A stretch of 64,000 nt of DNA, taken from NCBI GenBank assembly GCA_965112155.1, contig OZ218113.1. One strand, 5' to 3'. This stretch comes from Podarcis liolepis. Lineage: Eukaryota. Positions 23,279-35,000 of the stretch are shown in pieces (the first letter of the stretch is position 1; each line of letters starts with the position of its first letter). The notes beneath the pieces are model-generated. The model worked only from the letters and a program-made list of their open reading frames with translations. It made no database searches and was not told the origin of the DNA. The position numbers were made by a program, and so were the translations under genes.

Positions 23279-23548
23279 CATGTTACGATCCAATATGGGG
23301 TTTGGGATGAAGAACAAAATCTTATCTTATCCGGGATGCCATCAAGCTGCACAGCAGTGGCAAAACCTGTGTTTCAGTTATCAAAAAAATGCCTCATTGT
23401 TGTCATTTTCGCATGTGTGGGAACATCCATTTGGTAGGCCCATAATCTCTGTGTATTCAAGTAGCAAAGGCCAAATTGCTGACGTTTCGTAACTCACACC
23501 CCAAAGCTGGCTTTTTTTGCTTCTGGCATGTGTAAGCAAAACAATCCA

Positions 23549-23598
23549 AACACACACACACACACACACACACAGATAGAGAGAGAGAGAGACAGAGA
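23549..23598. repeat. (CA)n/(GA)n microsatellite
   Basis: Seen directly. Similar tracts lie at 24290-24314 (TG)n and 46747-46783 (CT)n(CA)n. Confidence 0.9.
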
Positions 23599-26039
23599 GG
23601 CAAATGCTGTGTGATTGCAGACCCTCCAAATGTCCCGATTTTCCAGGGACAGTCCTGGAAGTGAGTCTACTCCCTGCTGTCAAAACTGCCCATTCCAATT
23701 CCCTCTCCCTTTGGTTCCTAAGCCCTAAACGACTTAGGTCCAAAGTATGTGAGAGACATCCTTTCCTAGAGATCCTCTTGGTAGTTCCTCCACCATCAGT
23801 AGTTTGAGGTGTGTTGTGTGTGATGATTTAAATGCATTTTGTATCTTTAAACATGGTTTTAGTAAGTTGATAACCCTAAGAAGCAGAAGCTTTAGAGCCA
23901 ACTTGTGGATTTGACAACCTAGCAAGTTAAGTAACCTACTATTTATTTATTTATTTATTTTATTTACCAGTACCTATTAAATTTATATACCGCCCTTCCT
24001 CTGAGGATCACAGGGTGGCTTAAGTATAAAAACACAAAAATACATAACATAGTTTGAACAAGGTTTTTTTTTTAAAGACGTGTATACATTTAATGAAATA
24101 AATAACGTTTGTTAGAGATACTTATGCTGATGATGTATTCATACATAAATGCTTTTAAAACATCTCTCCTTTCATTATCAGTAAAACTGTGTCCTTAATC
24201 CAGTTAGATTGATCATTAGTTTTGCTAAGTAATTCAGCCTTGAAAGCAGTCCAAGGTGACCTGGCAACCTGAACAGAACAGTTAACATATGTGTGTGTGT
24301 GTGTGTGTGTGTGTTTGCGAGTGATCAGGTTTTGCTTACAGAGGACTAAGAAGCGAAGAAGCAGGGTTGGCCCTAACTTTGAACCTACGCAAATGGAAGT
24401 TCCAGCGCATGTGAAAAGGACAAATATTGAGACAATCATGGATTATTTGGGCAAAGGGAAAATGCCTGCTTCCGCAGCCCAGCACTGTTTTCTACATCCT
24501 GTGGGGTGGGATTTCCTTTGCCATGTGTCTATGGAGGCAGTTCTGTTTCGGTGCCGACACCAGGAAAGCAATTTGGGGCAGAGAAGACCGAGTGGGAGAA
24601 GCCAACTGGGGAAAATATTACAATGTGAAGAAAGGATTGTAATTTAGAAAAGACTTAAACAGCAGAATTCTGAAGAGTCAACACATATCTGCAGGCCTCA
24701 CTTTCCCCCTATTTTTGGTTGTTACAGAACCCTTACTCGGATTCCTTGGTGTGTGTACTCCTGAGTGTGTATGAATTTAGGGTTTGTATTAGGTAGGGTA
24801 ATAGCTTCATTCCAGCTTCTCTCTCCCTTTTTCCCAGAGTCAATCTCCACAAGGGAGAAAACACCTCACTGTTTAAATATTTTGCTAGGTAATAAAGTCT
24901 TGAACTTTCATTTTTGGTCTGGATTTCCCTCCTATACATTCCCTTGCAAAGGAACCCCCCCCCCCCCAGATTGAGGTTTAGTTGTTCATCTTTGTCTCTT
25001 TGCATTCCCTTTGCAAAGCAAAGGTTCTTGTGTGTCTCAGGCCTGATCAATTTGACACGCACAGCACCCTCTCACAAACTCGCTGTCCTGAGAATAATGG
25101 ACACATGGTCTATGTGGGTCTTCCATAAAGAACTCCTAATATTTCTTCCTGCAGCTACTTTGAATGGAGATTGCCTTGCGATGGCACACTGCTTTGGGCT
25201 TGATCGCAGAAGCTTGGTACCCACGGATATGGTCTATAGCCCTATCCGAAAAATCGACTTGCCAGATCTGAGCAGCCAAAGGGAAAACAAACCCACACCT
25301 TTTCTATAACACACGGCATTCACACACCATTTGAATGGCAATGCGCATCAAATGGGGGAGGGGCGGCCCCCTCAATTATTATTATTTTTGGGGAGGGGGG
25401 GTCGAAGGGACCTCGGTTACAAGGAGTTGGTGCCTATGAGGCCAGAGAAGGAGATAATACCATGGTTATGCTGCAGCGCCCCCAGGTGGACAAACAGCCA
25501 CAGCCACCATCACATCATTGTGGATGAGCTGGTTTTGCAGAAAGCTGAGATGCCAGACTCCAAGCAGCGCCTTAATTAAAAGGCCACTTACAACAGAAGA
25601 GCCTAGTCATGCACACTGCCTCGCGTAAAAAAGGTGGGATATAAATAAATAAAATTCCTGTGGCTTAACGGAGACTTGAAGGCAGTATATTTTTCATTTC
25701 AGAAACAACAGGCGAGATTTAAAAGCCATCTCGACGCGTCCTGGTGTTTATTTCCGTTTTGGTCCGTCCCCACCCCCCACCCCCAGTTGTTCATTTCTCC
25801 ACTGAACTCCAATGCATTAGAGCAGGAGGCGTTTTGCACTCTGCGTATGCCCAGGCACTCTCTTTTCCTTCTCATTAGCGCATTCTTCCACCACCAAGGG
25901 AACCCAGGACGGCGAAAGCGAAGGATTGGGACACCACCGTCCACCCACCACTCCCTCTTCTGTCCTCTCCCTTTTTACCACCGCGATTTCATTCCTTTCC
26001 TGCGGGCGTCTGGATGCACGAACAGGGCTGGACGGGATG

Positions 26040-26220
26040 AGCAGTGAGGCGGGCCCGCCTCCTCTCGCCTGATAGGCTCCGCGCCCTCCTCCCTCGGGCG
26101 CGATTGGCTGCTCCGGGATAGGGACAGGATGGGCAGAGGGTGGCGCCGCTGATGCCGGGCTGATGCGGGCGGGCAGGTGGCCGGGACAGGTGAGCGCCTC
26201 CCGCATCCAGGCGCCTCCAG
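26040..26220 (+). promoter_or_regulatory. TM7SF2 CpG-island promoter and probable non-coding exon 1 (donor at 26221)
   Basis: GC boxes, an inverted CCAAT (ATTGG 26103-26107), an SRE-like CTCGCCTGAT at 26064-26073, and a strong donor CAG/GTAAGC at 26220/26221. The next acceptor, at 28991-28992, precedes the ATG. Confidence 0.65.
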
Positions 26221-26282
26221 GTAAGCCTTCCTCCGATGTGTCCCCTCTCCCATGCCAGAGGACGCCGCCGCTATTGCTGGCG

Positions 26283-26430
26283 CAGTGGCGTAGCGTGGGT
26301 TGTCAGCACCCGGGGCAAGGCAAGTAATTTGCGCCCCCTAACCCGTGGATTTGCGCCCCCTAACCCTAACCCCCAGATGTTGCGCCCGGTGCAGCCGGCC
26401 CCCCCCTGTACCCCCCACGCTACGTTACTG
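26283..26430. mobile_element. Short hAT-type MITE
   Basis: TIRs CAGTGGCGTAGCGTGGG / CCCACGCTACGTTACTG and a perfect 8-bp TSD TGCTGGCG (26275-26282, 26431-26438). Confidence 0.85.
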
Positions 26431-27043
26431 TGCTGGCGGGATCTGGAGGGCCGGTGGGTGGGGCAGACATGCGCGGGTCCCTCTCGGGATGCAGCCAAGC
26501 CAGGCAGGGGACTGTGGTCCCCGCGGGGGAGGGTGGATTTAGCGACCTTCCCGAAAGGGCCAGCCCAACCTGAGATTGGCATCCTCGCCAGCAACGCTTC
26601 CGCTGGGCTGGGAAAGGGCCCCGTCTGGAACTGCAGCGCCGTCGGTGGATGCGGAGCTTAGGCGCAGCAAGGACCGGCGGAGAATGAGGCAGCTGCCTTT
26701 TCTACAGAAAAGACGAATTTTCTACAGAAACATGAGGACTGGGACATTGCTCCTTTCTTTTAGCGGAAAGGTGGCGGTAGCTCAAATGGGAGGGCGCATG
26801 TTTTGCACGGAAAAGGTCCCCGCACCCACCCCGGCCAGGTTCAATCTCTCTCTTTCACACACATTTGAGGGTGGCTGCTGGGCAGGCAAGATGGGGACTG
26901 ATCCAGTATGGCAGCTTCCTATGAGGGTTGGATCCTGCATCCAGACCTGCAAGGCATCTGACATCTCCCTCTTTTGAAATGTATTGAGGTCAGCAGCAGA
27001 ACTGTCCTCCTCAGAAGCGCCACAAATTTTGACTGCCAAAGTA

Positions 27044-27285
27044 CAGTGGTACCTCGGGTTAAGTACTTAATTCGTTCCGGAGGTCCGTTCTTAACCTGAA
27101 ACTGTTCTTAACCTGAAGCACCACTTTAGCTAATGGGGCCTCCCGCTGCTGCCGCGCCGCCAGAGCACAATTTCTGTTCTCATCCTGAAGCAAAGTTCTT
27201 AACCCGAGGTACTATTTCTGGGTTAGCGGCGTCTGTAACCTGAAGTGTATGTAACCGGAAGTGTATGTAACCTGAGGTACCACTG
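27044..27285. mobile_element. Tc1/mariner-type MITE, intact copy
   Basis: TA-flanked TIRs CAGTGGTACCTC..GAGGTACCACTG. Same family as 17961-19025, in the opposite orientation. Confidence 0.9.
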
Positions 27286-29067
27286 TACCTTGAATTACCT
27301 CATAATGTTGTTGGCCTCAGTCTGTTTCGGGAAATAATGGGCGTGTGTGCCTTTTTGGGGGTGGGTGAAGTCAAGCTGTTGGAAGATTATGGTGCCTGCT
27401 GTGGCTCTATTTAGGGGTGCAGACACTTTGGGGGTGATGCAAATGGCACAGATTTCAAGCATGCACCTTGTCAGGTTGTTTAATAGTTCTTGAAGATACA
27501 CACAAAGGCCATGTTTTTCAAAATACATACAAAAGCCATGTATTTCAAAGGTTGGCAGTTCTCTCGCTTATGAGGACAAATCTGCCACAGGCTGTTGGAT
27601 CCGGAAGATTCTTTGTTGGAGGGTTGCTTTCTCTGCTGGAGACAGGGAACTGGGCTAAGAATTTGAGACAGAGACAACAAAGCAGTTAGCATGTTCTTAA
27701 TGCTAAATTACAAAACTGACAGGACTCTAAAGGAGAGGAGGAGAAAGACTGATTGCTTTTGGAAGCAGTAAATCAACAATTTCACAGGGATGAGGCTTCA
27801 GTTGAGAACTAGTGTGTTGTAAGGCATTTAAATACATCTCAACTAAGCCTGGAAATTGTAATTTGTTAAGGGTGCTGGGAATTGTAGCTCTGTGAGGGGC
27901 AAACTGCAGTTTCCGGGATCCTTGGGCAGGGATGCTTTAAATGTATGGTGTGTTGGCAAACCTAGACCATGAAGGCCTAAATTCAAATCCCTACTTGGCC
28001 ATGAAACTCTCTGGGTGACCTTGGGCCAGTCACACACACAAAAATACCACAGTGGACTCCTAGGAGGAAAGGTGCGGAATAGGATGGGTGTGTGCTGGGG
28101 CTCACGTTTCCCTTGTCCTAACAATGTCCAGATGTGTCTGGAGGGCTTAGTGGTGAGAGAGCAAGCACTCCCAATATGCTCAGAGGCACTCGATCGTAAC
28201 TTTGAGAGGGGTGCTTTGGTACTAGAAATGGGTGCTGAGGCTCAACCATGGCAAGCACCAACTCCAATTTTGTGCAGCAGGAGACTAATTGAGGAGTTTG
28301 AGACACTCTTGGGCTCATGACCCCAAGAGGTGGGGTAGGGGGTACACTTTGCACCTGCTGTTTGAATTAATTGCACCCAAATATTTATCCTGAGTTGCAG
28401 ATTTCTGGGAAAGGGGAGGTGGACTTGCCAAGCACTAGTTTTGCATATGAAACATCTTTCCTGGTTATGATGGTTGCCTGGGAAAGAGTCTGGAGAGATG
28501 CTGCCAGCCAGTGGAGGCAATACTGAACTCAATGGGACAACGGCCTGTCTCTGCCAAAGGCAGCATCCTGTATTCCTATGAGAGGTGCTCACGAACTAGT
28601 AGCACTTTGTATCGACTGGAGGTCTGTTCCAAAGGGTTCAAAATGCTGCGCATACCTTACAACAGCCCTGTGAGGTAGACTAGTGGCAGATGTCTAACGG
28701 GACAGACATGACAGTCTGACAAGCATGCCCTTCCTCTGGAATCCCAGCCTCCAGCTGGCTGGCTTTTGTTGACTGTGCCCTCCTGGTGATTAATTTCTAA
28801 AAAAAGAAGGGGACCTGGGCGGAATTACTCCATGGCCAGGCAGCTTTGCATGTAAGGCACAGTCAGTAAGAAAGAATGTGGCTTCTGTTAACAGGCGATC
28901 CAAATCAGCTCGACCATCGAAAAACACATGGGGGGATACTCAGAGGCTTGTCTCAAGGGGCTCCATTTGGTCTTCATGGATTCTTTCTCTAGGTCTGTGT
29001 GTGGTTGCTGAAGACCGGGGAAACTTGCAAGAGGAGGTTTCTGGCCCAGGACCTGCTCAAGAGGACA

Positions 29068-32000
29068 ATGGATCGACTGAAGGTCCCCCGTACCAGAGAG
29101 CTGGAATTTGGCGGCGTCCTAGGTGAGGGGGAAAGGCTGAGCTCAGAGGTGTGTGTGTTTGCAGGCAGAAGAATACTGTTATAGATGGGGTGCAGGGGCT
29201 AAACCTTAGAAATGAGTAAATGGTAGGATTTTTATTATTTGGGGATGAGATACAGGCTGCGGAGGAATTCCTGAGCTATCCTATGCCAAATGACCTGGCC
29301 AAGCTTTGGGCCGTTAAGAAACAATACAGGGTCATTGAGGGCCATTGTCAATGCAAGATAACTGTCCTTCTCTCCGCCCCCCCCCTTGCCCTGAGGTGTG
29401 AACAGAGACTGGGAGTTCGGAAGGTTGCAAGGATAACTTGGTGTTGTATGACAAGAAAAGATAATTTTTAGCAAGGTGTGCTGGGATGAAGAAGGGGAGA
29501 GAAGAAAGACTGGGATCCATCTTGGGCAGGCTGGCTGAAGGCTGGCTGGGAGAGATGCCTTGGACTAAAGGGCTGCCCTGCTGTGGGGGACAAACCCCTC
29601 TTGAGATGACCATGCTTTAAGATCTGGACTCCCTCCATGCTGACTGAAGGTGTAAATAGATGAATAAACCATATTTCTTAAAGCTACAACAGTCTCCAAA
29701 GGGAGCCTGGGTGATGCCTGGAATCCCATGGACTCTGGCTACCGCTCGGCAGAGAGAGGGGGAGGCACTCAACTTTTGTAACAATACCTTTCTCTCATCC
29801 CTCCCCAGGAATCCTCTATTAGGGAGGCTTGGGAATGGTGTGAGCAGGGGATGCCGGACTCCTGGGTTCTGTCTCTTCCCCTTTCTGACTTCTCCATCTT
29901 TTTTCATCACAGGGGCTGCCCTCCTTATCGTCCTGATGCCCACCACTGTCTTCTACCTCCTGTTGACTTGCAGAACGGAGCAGGCCAGCCTGTTGAACAT
30001 CCCCTATCCTTTGCCCACCCTCCGCTCCCTGTGGGACCCCCGGGACTTTGCCCTAGTCTTGGCCTGGGTTGGATTGCAAGCTTTCTTATATATGCTCCCG
30101 ATGGGGAAGGTAAGGAGACCTCCACACTCTCAAGGGTTTTTCCCTGGCTTCTGCCACGGACTCCTTCTTGCCTGCGCTGCAGTAAGGTTCTGCAGCCTGG
30201 CCTCAGTTTTCCTCATCTGAGCAATGGGGAGAAAGGCTAGCTGGTCCTATTAGTAAAATGGCAGAAATGGGGAAGTGACATCACAAAACAGCGGCTGCCC
30301 TTGGCGACAGAGGGACCCTTGAGTCGTGGGGAAAGGCCAAAGCAGCCCTCTGTCTTTTTATTTTCCCAAAGCACATTTTGAGCATTCCTCTCCCACCATA
30401 GAGGCTTCCTCCTGTCTCCATATAAAGCAGAGTTTCCCAAATGTGGGTCTCCAGCTGTTGTCAGACTACAACTCCCATCATCCCTAGCTGGCAGGACCAG
30501 TGGCCAGGGATGCTGGGAATTGTAGTCTGAACCGTTGGGAAACTGTGTACGTGCAGCTACTCACACAGAGTCAGTTAAGGTTTGGTAGGCAGCCAGAAGG
30601 CAATCTGAAGGAGTAAGTCTGCCTGGTGATAACAGAGACATGGGGAGAGCTCCCTGATTGGTCAAGCTCTTTGTAGGGAGTGATAATTAATGGTTTGCTA
30701 ACTGGAATGTGTTTGTTCAGTATTCAGAGCTCAGTGTTCAGAGCTCTGTGTGTCAGTGTAGGAGTTGTGAGTTGTGTAAGAGAGAGCTAGCAAAAGATCT
30801 GTGTTCTGATCCTGTAAATAGTCCACTGCATATAATAAACACCTAACTACAAGTTCCTGGTTCCTGCTTCGTCTATCCTGTTTGCAGCCAAGTTGCCAAT
30901 TGCTTCTGGATTCTGTATGTACTCTGCTAGGTCTGGCTAAGGTCCTGCAACTAGTCAGAAAGATAGGTAAAGGACCCCTGACCATTGGTCCAGTCGTGGC
31001 CGACTCTGGGGTTGCGGCGCTCATCTCGCTTTATTGGCCGAGGGAGCTGGTGTACAGCTTCCGGGTCATGTGGCCAGCATGACTAAGCCACTTCTGGCTA
31101 ACCAGAGCAGTGCACGGAAACACCGTTTACCTTCCCGCCGGAGCGGTACCTATTTATCTACTTGCACTTGGACGTGCTTTCGAACTGCTAGGTTGGCAGG
31201 AGCAGGGACCGGCAACGAACCGCCAACCTTCTGATCGGCAAGTCCTAGGCTCTGTGGTTTAACCCACAGCGCCACTCGCGTCCCAAGTCAGAAAGTTGCG
31301 AAATACCAAATAGGTTTTGCCAAAATTAACAACAGCTGGAGACCCAAGTTTGGGAAACCCTGATATAAAGAAAGCACCCCGCTTTCAGGCAGCCCTGGCA
31401 ACATAGACCCCACCACAGCTGACTGCGTCTGTGTGTGTTTTCAACAGCTCACAGAAGGGACCCCCCTGCGAGACAAGACCCGGCTCCAGTACCGGATTAA
31501 TGGTAAGTGCCCCCCACCCTTAGGAAAGGTCCCCCAGAGGTGAGAGAGCCGCCGGGGTGCTGCTGGTGGCTCTCAGCAATGGGGAGGGGTGTGGTGGTGA
31601 GTGGCTTTTCAGCGTATCCCAGTGTTTCAAGACTGAGAACATTTTATTAAACGCCACCTTGGGATTCTCCCCAAGCTTAGCCATATTGGTATCTGCTTAG
31701 GAAGGCTGGGGGGGGGGGGGGAGGAGGCAGGAGGGATGATAAATTGATGTCTGGTCGTTGTTTGTTTGCCCCACCCTCTTTCTCCCCCTGCCCCACATTT
31801 CTCAGGGTGCCATGCCATGGTGGTCACAGCGCTGGTGGTTGGAGCCGGCCTGGCGGCTGGACTGCGCCTCAGTTACATCCACGACCATTTCCTGCAGTTG
31901 GCCTTCTCTGCCTCCCTTGTGGCCTTTGGACTCAGCGCCCTCCTGTACCTCAAGGCCTTGCTTGCCCCAGAGGCAGCCCTGGCCCCAGGCGGGAACTCAG

Positions 32001-35000
32001 GTGAGGTGCGAACCCTGACACTGGGCTCCTTCTGGCCTCCTTTGCCAACTCCACCTCGGCAGGGACTAGCGACTTGATGGGCATGGTCAAAACCCATCAA
32101 ATGCCCCATGTCTGGTGCAAGCTGGTGGTGGGGTGGCAGGAAGGAAAAGGAAGGGGGGAAAGACTGAAGCCATTATCTCCTCACGTGAATTGGCTCGCAA
32201 AATCGGATAAGGACCGTCTCCCGGGGATGATACGTCATTTAGCAAAAATAACAGAGAGGCCTGCAGTCCTTTTAAGGCTCATTCATTTCTAGAGGCAGGA
32301 GTTTTTGCAGGAAAACGTCCACCACATATGTAGTATTATTCTTGCTGGTATTATTATTATACGGCAACGGTATAAAAATCGCTACGTGTAAAAATGATAA
32401 AATACCCAGGGGACGCAAATTGTTATTCCCAGTTGGCAATTACCTCTTTGTACATGTAATTTGCATCGTTATGAACACACGGGAAAATGCGAATAGGCCG
32501 GAAAGGTCTTTGGGAATGCAAAGGGCTAAGATCACCCAGGGAGCTTCATGGCTGAGTGGGGATTTGAACCCAGGTCTCTCAGGTCCTAGTCTGGCTCTTT
32601 TACATTGAGACGTGGTGACTATAAGATCAGCTGCAGAGCATTCTGGGAAGCTGTGTGTTCTTCCTCTGGTTTCTGAGCATATACAGTGGTACCTCAGGTT
32701 ACAGATTCCGCTAACCCAAAAATAGTACCTCAGGTTAAGAACTTTGCTTCAGGATCAGAACAGAAATTACACGGCGGCAGCAGGAGGCCCCATTAGCTAA
32801 GTGGTACCTCAGGTTAAGAACAGTTTCAGGTTAAGAATGGACCTCCAGAATGAATTAAGTTCTTAACCCGAGGTACCACTGTATGCTGAAAATTTGGGCA
32901 CAACGTTCTGCCAACACTTCCCTGCTTCACGGGGTGCAGCTGCCTAGAGGGGTGTGTCAGAACCACCTCCTCAAAGTGTTTTTGACGGCAATTTCACCTG
33001 CTTGCCTCTTCCCCCATCCCACAGGAAACCCCATTTACGACTTCTTCATGGGCCACGAATTGAACCCACGGATCAATACCTTTGACCTGAAGTTCTTCTG
33101 TGAGCTGCGCCCGGGTCTCCTTGGATGGGTAGGCATCCCTGTGTTGGTAGCAGAAGGCAGGGTTGGGGAGCGACCCCTTTGTGTTGGTGTGGCAACACCA
33201 AGGAGCGCCCCTCCCCCCATACTGGAGGGTCCGGATCGCTGAGGATCAGGCAGCTGACACAACTGGGATCCAGTATGATGTTGGGGTTGGAGTGCTGGGT
33301 GAGGACTGTGGAGACGCAGGTTCAAATCAGCCTGTGGAGCAGGTGTGGGGAACCTTTGACCCTCCAGATGCTGCTGAACTACAACTCCCCATCAGCCCCA
33401 GCAATGGCCAATGATGACAGGAGTTGTAGTTCAGCAATATCTAGAGGGCCGAAGGTTGCCCACCCCTGCCATAGAGCTGGCAGCAACCTCCCCTAACCGG
33501 GTGGCTTTCATATTGTTTTCATGTCTTTTGGGGCCATGCTCTTGCAGGAGCCAAATGGGGCATCCCAGAAGCCAATCGGAAGCCAGAATTACAGAATTCT
33601 GGGGTGTCCTGCTTAAAACAGGACAGTTGAGGGGTACCGTATGCCACAAGCTGTAGCTTTTTCCCCTCTGCCACCCGCTGCTTCCCTGCTCTCTCGTAGG
33701 CCCTGATTAACATGGCCATGTTGGTGAAGGAGACGGAGCTGAGAGGAAGCCCTTCCTTGGCGATGATCCTCGTTAATGGCTTCCAGCTTCTCTACGTGGT
33801 GGATGCCTTATGGCACGAGGCAAGTCTGGCAGAGGGTGGGATCTCAACCGGCCGGTCTGCCAGCCTGAATTTTGCAGGGAGCCTTAATTCCTCAGTTTCT
33901 GCCACGGAGATGCATCACAGGAACTGCCAGGCAGGGCTGAGTTTACAAATGACACTGCACTTCCTTCCATAAGGACTAGAAACTTGCTTTTGTCTTTTAA
34001 AAAAGGAACAGAAGCAAAAGCAGTGATTTCCAAACTGCTCCCCTTCCCTAGTGCCTATTGCAGTCAAGCCTCCCAGGGGCTCAATAAACCTTATTTTGCC
34101 TGCTTGGCTGTAAACAAAGAACACAAAAAGAGAAACTGACACAATGTGTGCCTGTTGGGCTGTTTTCGTCTTCGTGGACCTCGATTCTGCTCATGTTTCT
34201 CCTTCTGAATTTGGGGTGCACCCCTGGGGGAGAGGACGGCTTACCTTTCCTCCCTAGTACCTGCTTCCTCAAATCACCTGAACCCGTTTGCTCTGCTGGC
34301 ACTTCTCTGAGATGCACCCGCTCCCCAGTGTGTGGGCTCACAGTGGGCTTGTTTAGTGGGGACTGAGAGCTGGTGGATTTTCCTGGGCCAGATTAAAAAA
34401 GGCAAATTTTCTTCCTTCCCAAAGGAGGCTATTCTCACCACGATGGACATCGTCCATGACGGTTTCGGCTTCATGTTGGCTTTCGGGGACTTGACGTGGG
34501 TGCCCTTTTTGTACACCCTCCAGTCGTATTTCCTCGTCACCCACCCACAGAAACTGAGCCTGCCCATGGCTGGGGGCATCACCCTGCTAAACGGTGAGTT
34601 GGGTGGCAAACAGGGCCTCTGAGCATGCACAGAATATATTTTCTTCCCCTCCAAGCTTCAGCAACTTTCTTTTCTTTTCGTGGCAGGGGTCTAATAATGT
34701 AACCAACTTGCTCTTAACTAAGCTTCCAGAATGGTAAGGGATATAAAGCCTTAATTGATAGTAAACAGTGGGGACTTTGTACATTTAAAAACAAACAGGC
34801 AATATTCAAAATTTCCACTGTGTCAAAGATAGGCAGCCCCTCTTTGCAGAGTGCCCCTACCAAGTGCCTAAGCTGAGGTGTGGATGATGCCTGCTACCCA
34901 AAAACAATTATTTCCTGAGTTTGGGAGGGCCAAGGGAGAGGCTGTGCATAGAGTGCTAAGAGAAAGAAAAGCAAAATTAATGTGGCTTGAAACATATCTA

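Noticed and set aside
23279-26000. Downstream TM/TIR exon that would make the TLR5-like gene a full receptor
   Set aside because: No ORF in this interval has TIR box motifs, and there is no strong donor near the end of the LRR exon.
27496-27549. 27-bp tandem duplication (two copies)
   Set aside because: Only two imperfect units with no spacers; an ordinary slippage duplication, not an array.
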